Assembly: GCA_028705495.1 (NCBI GenBank)
Contig: JAQWDK010000010.1
Coordinates: 507 to 64,506 of the forward strand
DNA: 64,000 nucleotides
From: Eubacteriales bacterium
GTDB lineage: Bacteria > Bacillota > Clostridia > Oscillospirales > CAG-382
Reading direction: 5' to 3'
Both the position numbers and the translations under genes were made by a program. A model generated the notes under the pieces. The model did not search any database and was not told where the DNA came from. It worked only from the letters and a program-made list of their open reading frames with translations. Of this stretch, positions 38,444 to 47,698 are shown in pieces; the stretch's first letter is position 1; each line of letters starts with the position of its first letter.

Positions 38444-40423
38444 TTACTTCGCTTCAACGCCGGTTACTTCAAGCTCAATTATGCTGATAAAACCTGCATC
38501 TCCACCCGCTGTACCAAATATTCTGATGCCTTCGCACTCTATTTCGTCAAAAGTAAAAGTATATGAAGTGAAATTACTACCGAAAGAGCTCATGTTAGTT
38601 CCATTCGGATATTCAGGTGATACAGTAGTTTCAATGTCGATCCACTGACCACCCTTGAATGCTTGCAGTTTTAGAGAACCATTTGCAAACCAACCGCCGT
38701 TATTAAAATGCATTCCTTCAGTGAAAATTACAGAGCTGATTTTAAAATCTTCGTAGAAAACATATCCGACAAATTCGTCATGAGCGGACATATATCCAAC
38801 ATAGGTATCAAACTGATCAGTGTTACCGCCGGTCTTTTTACCATCTCTAATAACTTCTAAGTCTTTACTTCCGCTTCCGGTAGGGACTAAATCAGAACAA
38901 ATCGGTACGCCCGCTTCAGCAACATTTCTTACTTGCCCACGATTAGGACTAGTATATGATCCGATCTTTTCGATTTTTATTTCTTGTGTTACTTCAGTGC
39001 TCTGATCATCGTTATTGGTGATGATGCATTTTATTGTATAATCTCCAACTTCATCGTACATGTGCATTGTGTTGCCACTTGAAGTTGATGAACCGTCTCC
39101 GAAGTCACATTCAACCGATTTAATTCCAGTAATATCATGAGCGTTGACGGAAAGAATTAATACATTGTCTTTTACATTATACCCAATTTCAGCAGTCGGC
39201 ATCGGAGGCCACTGTTCATATTCAACTGGGACTATTTCTTCAGAAGTTGTGATTTCCCAGTTTCCATCTGTATTATTAAATCCCTTTGATTCTAAAAGTT
39301 CGAGAGCGAGCTCAAAATTTAGGTCAACAGCTGATTTCATCGTATGTTCTGTAAAGGAGAACTTAAATCCAGTTAAATCGATTTTTGATTTCCATACTTC
39401 CGGAAGCTTTTCAAAACCATAAAAGTTGCCAAGTATAGCGCCTACGCTGGATGGGTTGCAGTCGCTGTCCTGTCCGCACTGCATAGAAATTTGCATCGAC
39501 TTATTGAAATCACCTTCGCCGTAGAGAAGTCCGATCAAAATATAACCTGAATTCATCTTTGCGTCTATATTAGCAGTGCCATTAGCATACCAAAGACAGC
39601 GTTTTGTGGGATCCCATTTTTCATCAAGTTTCTGCCAGCATTCTTGCCATATCATACCTTCACTATGCCATTTTACGATATCATTTATTAATAATCTGAA
39701 CTGTGTGTCCTCGGGTATAGAGGCAATTCCAGCATCAATTATATCTTTATATGAATCTGCAGTAAATGCTGCTGCGTGCATTGCAGTGACAAAAACACCG
39801 CCATAAACGCCATCACCATAGTTCATAATATGTCCTATTTCAAAGGCACGTTCTGCTGCTTCGCTGACCATGCCGGGATAAAGGTGTCCGAGAAAATCAG
39901 CTTCAATTTGCCAGTCGATGTCATCGCTATGGAAGTTATTTGTATAGTGACCGGACATTGGAGCTTCAATACCGTTGCGAAGGTTTTGTCTGCCGATCTT
40001 ATTTGCGTGGTCAAGCCCGAATTCAGAATCTCTGAACTTGTCTGCAAGCTGTTTTAGTGAGCAGTTAACTCCGTACTCCTTCATTGCGTCAATGAAGGGT
40101 AATTCAACATACAGGTCGTCTTGGTATGATACATCGTTTAAATTCAAAGATTCAATGACTGGGACTTTATCATCGGGAATCATAGCTCTTTGATACTGGA
40201 ACTCAGTTGTTGCTCCCCAGACAACGCCCGCTGCTTGACCTACCCAAGAGCCTAATATTTTGTCATAAATCTCGTCCTCAGACAAAGTAAAAGTTATAGT
40301 GCTATTCGACGTTTCGTTTGTAGATGACGATGTTCCATCGGTTGATGAACCATCGATTGTTTGCGTACATGAAGATAGAATGAGCAGTAGAACAACGATA
40401 AAACAAAGAATTTTTGTTTTCAT
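38444..40423 (-). CDS. Exported lipoprotein: ARH-fold domain + PKD domain + discoidin/F5-8C-like C-terminal domain
   Basis: Lipobox ILSSCT. ARH signatures ILGSWVGQAAGVVWG and CGQDSDCNPSSVGAILGNFYG. PKD-like segment CDFGDGSS..HMYDEVGDYTIKC. The C-terminal beta-sandwich ends in ISIIELEV. Confidence 0.7.
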   Translation of the reverse strand: MKTKILCFIVVLLLILSSCTQTIDGSSTDGTSSSTNETSNSTITFTLSEDEIYDKILGSWVGQAAGVVWGATTEFQYQRAMIPDDKVPVIESLNLNDVSYQDDLYVELPFIDAMKEYGVNCSLKQLADKFRDSEFGLDHANKIGRQNLRNGIEAPMSGHYTNNFHSDDIDWQIEADFLGHLYPGMVSEAAERAFEIGHIMNYGDGVYGGVFVTAMHAAAFTADSYKDIIDAGIASIPEDTQFRLLINDIVKWHSEGMIWQECWQKLDEKWDPTKRCLWYANGTANIDAKMNSGYILIGLLYGEGDFNKSMQISMQCGQDSDCNPSSVGAILGNFYGFEKLPEVWKSKIDLTGFKFSFTEHTMKSAVDLNFELALELLESKGFNNTDGNWEITTSEEIVPVEYEQWPPMPTAEIGYNVKDNVLILSVNAHDITGIKSVECDFGDGSSTSSGNTMHMYDEVGDYTIKCIITNNDDQSTEVTQEIKIEKIGSYTSPNRGQVRNVAEAGVPICSDLVPTGSGSKDLEVIRDGKKTGGNTDQFDTYVGYMSAHDEFVGYVFYEDFKISSVIFTEGMHFNNGGWFANGSLKLQAFKGGQWIDIETTVSPEYPNGTNMSSFGSNFTSYTFTFDEIECEGIRIFGTAGGDAGFISIIELEVTGVEAK

Positions 40424-40435
40424 TTGAGTACTCCC

Positions 40436-41392
40436 TTAAGATTTACTGTTTATATTCTTAAAAACGTTGTTAAATTCGTCAAGCGGAGGTTCGCCATGTA
40501 ATTTACAATACTCACTGCTTATGTATGAAGCAAAGGATTTGATTGTATCGATTCCAAGAGAAGTGTAAAATCCCGCATCAGCTGAAATAATGTCAATTGA
40601 AAGAGGTGCTTTGACAGGAGGGTATTTATATCCTGAATACAGAGCGATATCATACCAGTATTCGAGGATTTGAGAATCACATGAAGGAAAAATTTTAAGC
40701 AACTCTTTTAGTAAAGAGACATAATTTTGGCTCTTTTCTTCATTTTGATCTGTTATTGGTTTAAAGTGATTTCTGTCCATTGGGGCAAATTCGAGAAACA
40801 CTCCATCATCCGGCTTAACAGTAGGGACTTGCAAAGCTGAAGCGTATGCAAGATATGACATCCTTGCCTTAGAATTATATGCTCTAACACCTTTAAGCAT
40901 TGCATTAACAATTAACATGTTTTGGTCTGATGGAGAAAGACTGCTACACATATCGCATTCGCAGAAACCATCAAAAGCATCGTCTGTCCAGAAAAAGTAA
41001 TCAAAAGATTCTTGTTTTAGAAGCTTTGCAAGCGTATAGGAATTCTGTGATATAATCTCCAGAGCTTCGCTATTTGAAACACAGCAATTAAGATCGTTAT
41101 TGCGTTTTCCCTCTTTTTCTCTAAAAAGCTTAGGTTTGTCAGAAAACAGCGATCGGGGTAGAAGCCATTCAAGAGCATGAAGTTCGTATTGGATACTTAT
41201 TGCATTATCTTGAAAGCGTGATATTAGTGACCTTTTATCGTTGTCTAATTGTCTTAGAAGGTCGCTCACGCTATCGGAACCTGGAATTGCAATCTTATGT
41301 AATCCAAGGGTAGCAATACCTGCTTTTTTTGACCATTCAATCCATTCTGGTATAAAATCCTCGATAAGTATTACAAGCCCAAGGTTTTTCAT
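40436..41392 (-). CDS. Hypothetical cytoplasmic protein, glycoside-hydrolase-like (possibly DUF4838-like) with a CxCxxC motif
   Basis: No signal peptide; FCECDMC motif. Its start overlaps the YfhO stop (ATGA). The domain name is from memory only. Confidence 0.35.
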   Translation of the reverse strand: MKNLGLVILIEDFIPEWIEWSKKAGIATLGLHKIAIPGSDSVSDLLRQLDNDKRSLISRFQDNAISIQYELHALEWLLPRSLFSDKPKLFREKEGKRNNDLNCCVSNSEALEIISQNSYTLAKLLKQESFDYFFWTDDAFDGFCECDMCSSLSPSDQNMLIVNAMLKGVRAYNSKARMSYLAYASALQVPTVKPDDGVFLEFAPMDRNHFKPITDQNEEKSQNYVSLLKELLKIFPSCDSQILEYWYDIALYSGYKYPPVKAPLSIDIISADAGFYTSLGIDTIKSFASYISSEYCKLHGEPPLDEFNNVFKNINSKS

Positions 41393-43974
41393 ATTCTCTT
41401 TGTCTCGTTATTGTCAGAGTTTGCATCTTCTGATTGTTTGTCTTCAACATCAACCTTCTCATCATTGTCTATTTCTTTGTCAACCTCTCCTGAGAAAACA
41501 GCTTGATAGCTTATTGGTTTAGAGGGGAAGGGAATATAATCTTCTTCATAATAATTTTCTCTGAAGAATTTATATGGTTTATTCTCGGGTTTCCTAAACT
41601 TTCTTACAAGGAGGATATATACAACCCAAACAAGAATGCCGCCGATTGTAAGATAGATTCCTTCCATCATACCTGGTGCTGTGTACTCAAACCTTATTTC
41701 GTTAGCACCCACATCTGCTTTGACAGCCATCAAACCGGAGAAGACTTTAACAATTTCCGCATCATTACCGTTAACCTTCGCGCTCCATCCCGAGTCGATT
41801 GGAACACTGAAGAAAACATAGTTTTCTTCGTCAAGATTTATGATTGAAGTGAAACCCTTGTTGTCATACTCGAAGCTCGAACCAGCGCTCGCTGCTCTGA
41901 GCTTACAATTTGCAGAATAATCATTGTAATCAAGGGACTTCTTTTCAGAGTTCTTTACTTGTTTCATAAACTTTGAAAATTTGTCTGCGTCTTCATCTTC
42001 TACAACAAGATAAGCGGTGGAGTACAAATGCTTTTGTGAGGCAGTTATTTTATTAAATTCCGTAAGAGTCATAAATTCTGTATAAGTATATCCCATTGGG
42101 ATAAAGTCTTCGTTAATCATAACAGTAAAACCGTTCTGTTTACTATGCTCCACGAAACCTTTAGGTTTTACTTTCGATGTTTTTGAATCTTCGATAGCGC
42201 CATATTTAACAGAAAGAAAACCGCGAAGTCCATAAAGTTTCGATTCCGGCCTTGTACCGACACTTCGTTCAACGCTAAAGAGAGGATAGAATTCCATAAC
42301 AGATGGAGGAACTACAGTATGGAAACATCTTATACTCGGAACATCCCAGTAAAGTCCGAGGTTATCAAGCGAATCTTCAAAGGTGTCAATTCGGAAAAAT
42401 TCATCTCCTTCAAATTCCATCTTATATATACCACCAATCGCTTGTTCGCGAAGGAAATTACCGGACCATGAATGACTTCTACCGTAAAATAAGTGATTTA
42501 TACCGTAAATTACAATGGTCGCCATAACTGCGTAAGTAACAAGAGTCTGAAATATTTTCTTTCCTCGGAAATATTTGATGAGAAAATAGGTAATAATCAA
42601 AGAGACCGCGGCAATTAATACGCTCACCCAAAAACGATCCATTTTTGGAGCTTGCCCGAGTTGAAGATTATCACCAGTTTTTTTCCAGCTTAAACCGAGT
42701 GTAATAGCAAAAATAGAACACACAATAGCGTTAAAAGCAAGACCGAATTTAAAGCTTATCTCACGCTTTTCTATCACAACAATTGTAGCTAAAACCATTA
42801 TTAATATCATCATATAGAGTTCGCGTGCATAATATTGATTTTTTAACAAATAGAAAAATGAATGGAGAACCGGAACAAGCGACATAATGAAAAGTGCAAT
42901 GCAAAGAATGGAAATCCAACTCCTTCTTTTTGCTTTGATATAAGAAATTACACCGGCCATTCCGAACATTGGGACCCATGCTGCAAGCGATGCCCACCTT
43001 GCGCCATTTTCGGGGAAAAAGTTTGCTCTAGATGGTATGTCTGGCGGGAAGAAATATGATTGAATAATTGATAGAATTCTATCCCAATAAATTTTACCTT
43101 TACTCATAAAGACAACGTTTGCCCAACCCTTAAATCCGTTTGAATCAACCCTCGGATTATCCAAAACAGCAAGAGCACCAGGTAAAAAGATAATCATGCC
43201 CATAACAAATCCGAGAACAGCTTCGAAAACAAGCCAGAGAAACTTTTTAAAATCAATTTTAAAAGTAGCGTTTAGACTGCGAGCAAAAAAGTAGATAACA
43301 CAAAATACAACTTGTCCAGCAAACATAAAATAATTTATCATCGAGTTGAGCATTACCGCAACAGCGAAAAGACCCTTACGGTTGTTCTGAACAAGTTCCT
43401 CCATGCCGAGAAGCAGAAGAGGGAAAAAAGCTACAACTTCGTGAAATTGGTTAAAGAAAACATTATAAATATTGAAACCGCAAAAAGCGTATAATAGTCC
43501 GCCGAGAACTGCGTAATTTTGATTTTTAACAAAACGTTTTAAGTAAGCATATGAAAAAACACCAGCTGCCATGAATTTCATAATGAAGACGGGACCCATT
43601 AAGTATGGCGCCCAATTTGAGGGGAAAAGGCACATAAACCAAAAGAACGGGCTACCGAGCATATAATATGAGTAGCTACCAATAAAGTTTGAGCCTAAGT
43701 CTGTTTTAAAGTCCCAAAAAATCGAACCATTATGTACGGACTCAATAGCATGGCGATAAAAGGGAATTTGCTGTGCGTTGTAATCACCATAATAGAGAAA
43801 AACGCCTTTGTCAATTATTATAAACGGAAGCATTATCAGAGAAGCAGCAATAAAAGAGTAAAAAAGCACCCTTTTATAATAGTAAAATCGATTGGTTTCG
43901 AACGGATCGATATCAGACTCCTGTATAATATTTATTGAAAAAAAGTTTTTCAGCTTTGATGCCGCATTCTGCAT
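41389..43974 (-). CDS. YfhO family membrane protein (GT-C-like glycosyltransferase) with a large C-terminal extracytoplasmic domain and an acidic tail
   Basis: YGDYNAQQIPFY motif near the N-terminus and more than 12 TM. ATG 43974 has AGGA 9 nt upstream and is preferred over GTG 43992. Confidence 0.8.
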   Translation of the reverse strand: MQNAASKLKNFFSINIIQESDIDPFETNRFYYYKRVLFYSFIAASLIMLPFIIIDKGVFLYYGDYNAQQIPFYRHAIESVHNGSIFWDFKTDLGSNFIGSYSYYMLGSPFFWFMCLFPSNWAPYLMGPVFIMKFMAAGVFSYAYLKRFVKNQNYAVLGGLLYAFCGFNIYNVFFNQFHEVVAFFPLLLLGMEELVQNNRKGLFAVAVMLNSMINYFMFAGQVVFCVIYFFARSLNATFKIDFKKFLWLVFEAVLGFVMGMIIFLPGALAVLDNPRVDSNGFKGWANVVFMSKGKIYWDRILSIIQSYFFPPDIPSRANFFPENGARWASLAAWVPMFGMAGVISYIKAKRRSWISILCIALFIMSLVPVLHSFFYLLKNQYYARELYMMILIMVLATIVVIEKREISFKFGLAFNAIVCSIFAITLGLSWKKTGDNLQLGQAPKMDRFWVSVLIAAVSLIITYFLIKYFRGKKIFQTLVTYAVMATIVIYGINHLFYGRSHSWSGNFLREQAIGGIYKMEFEGDEFFRIDTFEDSLDNLGLYWDVPSIRCFHTVVPPSVMEFYPLFSVERSVGTRPESKLYGLRGFLSVKYGAIEDSKTSKVKPKGFVEHSKQNGFTVMINEDFIPMGYTYTEFMTLTEFNKITASQKHLYSTAYLVVEDEDADKFSKFMKQVKNSEKKSLDYNDYSANCKLRAASAGSSFEYDNKGFTSIINLDEENYVFFSVPIDSGWSAKVNGNDAEIVKVFSGLMAVKADVGANEIRFEYTAPGMMEGIYLTIGGILVWVVYILLVRKFRKPENKPYKFFRENYYEEDYIPFPSKPISYQAVFSGEVDKEIDNDEKVDVEDKQSEDANSDNNETKRI

Positions 43975-44040
43975 TTTTTCTTTTCCTTTCACGACAACTA
44001 ATCTAAAATAGTAAGTTATTATTTAGGACATTATACCATG

Positions 44041-44166
44041 TTATTAACCTGACCTTCGCAAAATCGTAGATTTTGTTGGGTCGTGCCGATTGATGGTAAT
44101 TAATTTGGTTATGGAAAATGCACGACTATTATACCATGTTTCTTTTGCCTTGTAAACAAAACAATT
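44041..44166 (-). promoter_or_regulatory. Promoter plus conserved leader module, copy B, upstream of the YfhO operon
   Basis: On the minus strand: TTTACA, 17 nt, TGgTATAAT, then the same leader as 24365..24456. A second CATGGTATAAT box follows at about 44029-44039. Confidence 0.6.
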
Positions 44167-44216
44167 ACATTGATATAGAATAAAATGAAAATTATAACAA
44201 AATACCCGGAGGCAGT

Positions 44217-44480
44217 ATGATAAAGGGACTTACAAAAACAGTAGTAATAATGAAGTGTGAAAAAGAATCGATCTTTGAGGAAGCATTATTTTTCTTAAAA
44301 GATCCTGAAGCAACCGATAGTGATGATATGGTAACGGTAGCTTCTAAGCTTATTGGACTTGCAGATAAAGAAAAGAAAAGAAATGAAATGATAAAAAAGA
44401 AGTTAATTGGTGTTATAACCTTCGTTTCAGGAGTAGGGGTAGGAATTTTCTGTATGCTTCTTGTTGGTTCAATTAGTTAA
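44217..44480 (+). CDS. Small hypothetical protein with a C-terminal TM
   Basis: RBS GGAGG, 87 aa, TM GVITFVSGVGVGIFCMLLVG. Confidence 0.45.
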   Translation: MIKGLTKTVVIMKCEKESIFEEALFFLKDPEATDSDDMVTVASKLIGLADKEKKRNEMIKKKLIGVITFVSGVGVGIFCMLLVGSIS

Positions 44481-44510
44481 TTAAAATTAAATAACGTATG
44501 CAAATTCAAA

Positions 44511-44545
44511 ACCGTCGTAATAATAACGACGGCTTTGTCATTTTT
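44511..44545 (+). terminator. Rho-independent terminator
   Basis: ccgtcgt / acgacgg stem, followed by ctttgtcattttt. Confidence 0.6.
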
Positions 44546-44758
44546 ACTAATGTACAATTTAACAACATCTTGTGTCTCTGAGCTTTGAAAGACTATATAT
44601 CGTATGGTTGCAGGAAGTATACATAATGCATATGACATAATACAATGGCATAATCACCAAAATCTAAAAAATATAGAAATAGGGCTTGTATTTTTTGATT
44701 AAATGTATTATCATTATGTTTACATTAATCAATTCTTTACTTTGGTGGTATGCAATAT

Positions 44759-45571
44759 ATGGCAAAAAACTATTCCTTCATCGGCGCCGGAAACATGGCA
44801 GGTGCAATTATAAAATCATTCTTACTGAATGGAGTATCAGCACCGAATGCGATAGCTGCATTCGACATTGACAAAAATAAATACAACACGCTAAAAGAAA
44901 CAGGTATTATTCTTTGCAACGATATAAGTGAAGCTATCAGTTTCGCGGACTATGTTGTACTAGCGGTAAAACCTCAGTTTATACTTTCGACGCTTGAAAT
45001 GATAAAAGCAGTTCTTGGTTTTGAAAACAAAATTTATGTTTCAATTGCAGCCGGCATAACGACTGAGTTTATCGAAGATGCATTAAGCATAAAACTTCCT
45101 ATAATAAGGACAATACCTAACACACCTTTTCTCGTTGGGATGGGCGCGATTGCATTGTCAAAAAATGTTAGAGTTTCGAATATGGATTTTGAGACTGTAC
45201 ATAATGATTTTTCATTGGTCGCAGCAACAGCCGTACTCCAAGAAAATCAGATGAATCAGATTGTATCTGTAAACGGATCATCTCCCGCATATGTGTTCAA
45301 GTTTATAAGAGCAATGCTCGATGGTGCTATGGCACAAGGCTTTAGTGAAGACCAGGTTAAGGAGCTTATTTTTCGCTCAATAGAAGGATCTGTGGAAATG
45401 GTTAGGAGTTCAGGTTTTTCATTGCAGCAACTCATAGACATGGTGACTTCAAAAAAAGGTACAACAGAAAAAGCAATTGAAACTTTGGATCAAAACAGCT
45501 TTGAAGAATCAATAAAGCTCGCAATGAATGCGTGCACTAAGAGAGCTATCGAACTTGCTGAAGGGAAATAA
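44759..45571 (+). CDS. proC: Pyrroline-5-carboxylate reductase
   Basis: FIGAGNMAGAI Rossmann motif and the C-terminal TSKKGTTEKAI motif. Confidence 0.9.
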   Translation: MAKNYSFIGAGNMAGAIIKSFLLNGVSAPNAIAAFDIDKNKYNTLKETGIILCNDISEAISFADYVVLAVKPQFILSTLEMIKAVLGFENKIYVSIAAGITTEFIEDALSIKLPIIRTIPNTPFLVGMGAIALSKNVRVSNMDFETVHNDFSLVAATAVLQENQMNQIVSVNGSSPAYVFKFIRAMLDGAMAQGFSEDQVKELIFRSIEGSVEMVRSSGFSLQQLIDMVTSKKGTTEKAIETLDQNSFEESIKLAMNACTKRAIELAEGK

Positions 45572-45633
45572 ATTAAACTTCAAAGGTTATATGTAATTAT
45601 TTTTCGCATATCATTAATCAAGGATGTGATGAT

Positions 45634-46596
45634 ATGCAAGATAGCAAAAATAACAAAAAAACCGAGGGAGTACAAGCCCGGTTCTTTACATGGGAATACG
45701 ATGTTCCTGTAAAACAAGTTGATGAACAGCAAGTTGCTGAACCTGCAGAATTGCCCGCCGAGAAAGCCATGGTAAATATTTCGAATGAAGCTACCTATTC
45801 AACTGTTGTTGAAGAAAATATTTCTCGGGAAAATGCAGCTACTGATTCTGTAAATGATGACTCAATAATTTCCCGAGAAATTGAATCTGTATCAGTTTCC
45901 GATACAAATGATCCTTCGTTAAATGGTACAAAACCCGTAGAAGAAAGCGAAGTATTGACTGAGCCAATTGATTCTGCTGAACAAGCAGAATTCTCAGACG
46001 AAGCATCTACAAAACGCTACACAAAAGCAAGCGATTTTAGCAGATTAGCTATGGTTTTTAGAGGCAGGAAGTTGCAGTACTGTTTATATATAGTCCTTTT
46101 TTTTGCGGCATCCGTCAGTGCTGCAACCTTGATGTTTAAGTTCGAAAAATCAGGTATCATTACTGCAAATCAGATAGCTTTAGATTATATGACATATGGT
46201 GAAACTCTTAAGAGTGATTTATTGGGGTCGATGTTGTTCGCTTCGCCGTTCATACTTGGTTCACTTTTTGTATACTTTGGTGGTTACACGATATTTGCTA
46301 AATTTTTATCCTCGATTTGGATGGTTGGAACGGGATTTTTCTGGAGTCTTTTTTCGGTTTCAGCTTATCCTAAGTTCAGCGGAAATAAATTTATTATTTT
46401 TGGTTTCCTTTCAGCTCTTTTGATACTTAACAACATCATTTTAGCTGCAGAGGCAGGAAAGTATTCAGGCCTTAATTTGTATGGGAAAAATGAGCTTACG
46501 AAGTTTGAGAATGTTAGACAATTTTCAATCGTTTACATAGGTTACTGTATTTTTACATGTGCGATTTCTTACTTTGTTCTAAGGTTTGTGGTATAA
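45634..46596 (+). CDS. Hypothetical membrane protein (acidic N-terminal region, 4-5 C-terminal TMs; possibly SpoIIM-like)
   Basis: The hydrophobic C-terminal half and its position upstream of xerD recall spoIIM in Bacillus. No motif check was possible. Confidence 0.35.
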   Translation: MQDSKNNKKTEGVQARFFTWEYDVPVKQVDEQQVAEPAELPAEKAMVNISNEATYSTVVEENISRENAATDSVNDDSIISREIESVSVSDTNDPSLNGTKPVEESEVLTEPIDSAEQAEFSDEASTKRYTKASDFSRLAMVFRGRKLQYCLYIVLFFAASVSAATLMFKFEKSGIITANQIALDYMTYGETLKSDLLGSMLFASPFILGSLFVYFGGYTIFAKFLSSIWMVGTGFFWSLFSVSAYPKFSGNKFIIFGFLSALLILNNIILAAEAGKYSGLNLYGKNELTKFENVRQFSIVYIGYCIFTCAISYFVLRFVV

Positions 46597-46678
46597 AATG
46601 ACGGCTCCGCAAAAAGGAGCGCGGAGGTAAAATAGGAAAGGCAAACGGAGTTAACATCTCCGGTGTTTGGGAGAAAAG

Positions 46679-47596
46679 ATGAATAGCCAGGCAGTTAAAA
46701 AAAATAATAATATGACGGAGCTGACAGATAAATTTATCAGCTACTTGTGCGACGTAAAAAAATCCTCCCAAAACACCCTTGACGCTTACAGAAGGGATCT
46801 TGGATCATTTTTGAAGTACGCTGAACGAGAATTTATAAACAGTTTCAGTGATGTCACCGTGGAGTCAGTAGAGGGGTACAAGCAGTACTTGACACAAAAA
46901 GGTCTATCCTCATCTTCGACAAGCCGCTCTTTGTCTGCCCTTAGAAGTCTGTTTCAATATTTAATTATGGAATCTATAGCCGACAGTAATCCGGCACGTG
47001 AAATACCAAATGACAAATACGAAAAAAAGGGACCACAGGTTCTGACAAATAAAGAAATTGAGATTCTTTTATCCCAACCTTCTCTTGATGATACAAAAGG
47101 CATCAGAGATAAAGCAATGTTGGAAGTTTTGTATGCAACAGGTATAAAAGTTTCCGAGCTTATTTCACTTGATGTAGATGATGTGAACCTTAATATGTCC
47201 TTTATTCGCTGCGCTAAAAACGACCGTGAAAGATTTATACCTATGTATCCAATTGCGGTAAAATCCTTATCAAACTATCTCGAGTCATCAAGAAAACTTT
47301 TAATAGTTAATAAAGACGAAAAGGCACTTTTTGTCAATATATCAGGCGATAGAATGACAAGACAAGGCTTTTGGAAAATCCTCAATATTTATGCAAAGCA
47401 AGCGAAAATATACAAACAAATAACCCCTCACTCTCTAAGACATTCCTTTGCCGCTCATCTTCTTGAAAACGGCGCCGATATACATGATATTCAAGAAATT
47501 CTTGGACATTCCGATATATCTTCAACCCAAAGATATGCTCAATTTTTAAAGGATAGAATGAAAAATAGCTATATGAAATTCCATCCACGCGCATAA
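46679..47596 (+). CDS. xerD: Tyrosine recombinase XerD/XerC
   Basis: N-terminal SAM-like domain (FISYL...SQNTLDAYRRDL). Catalytic region HSLRHSFAAHLLENGADIHDIQEILGHSDISSTQRY. Confidence 0.88.
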   Translation: MNSQAVKKNNNMTELTDKFISYLCDVKKSSQNTLDAYRRDLGSFLKYAEREFINSFSDVTVESVEGYKQYLTQKGLSSSSTSRSLSALRSLFQYLIMESIADSNPAREIPNDKYEKKGPQVLTNKEIEILLSQPSLDDTKGIRDKAMLEVLYATGIKVSELISLDVDDVNLNMSFIRCAKNDRERFIPMYPIAVKSLSNYLESSRKLLIVNKDEKALFVNISGDRMTRQGFWKILNIYAKQAKIYKQITPHSLRHSFAAHLLENGADIHDIQEILGHSDISSTQRYAQFLKDRMKNSYMKFHPRA

Positions 47597-47632
47597 AATA
47601 CAAATATAAAGTTGAAGAACTGCATTTTTAAG

Positions 47633-47662
47633 TTTACATATTCACAATTAGTATGTTATAAT
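47633..47662 (+). promoter_or_regulatory. Sigma-A promoter for the YesL-like gene
   Basis: TTTACA, 18 nt, TGtTATAAT. Confidence 0.5.
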
Positions 47663-47698
47663 AATAAATGCTAATTATCTCTAATGAAAGGTTTCGTA

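Noticed and set aside
24365-44137. The ~95-nt inverted repeats as terminal inverted repeats of a 19.7 kb mobile element or invertible segment.
   Set aside because: The interior carries core genes (uvrB, uvrA, the radical SAM pair, SRAP) and no transposase, integrase or invertase. Each repeat coincides with a promoter in the same orientation relative to its downstream gene. There are no flanking direct repeats. A shared regulatory module is the simpler reading.
44217-44480. Small 87-aa TM protein as a toxin of a type I or II TA pair.
   Set aside because: There is no partner ORF or antisense RNA signature. It has its own RBS and terminator, and the function is simply unknown.
46679-47596. The tyrosine recombinase as a marker of an integrated phage or island.
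   Set aside because: It has XerD-like length and motifs. It sits among housekeeping genes (proC, membrane proteins). There are no adjacent phage, excisionase or att-like repeats and no tRNA next to it.
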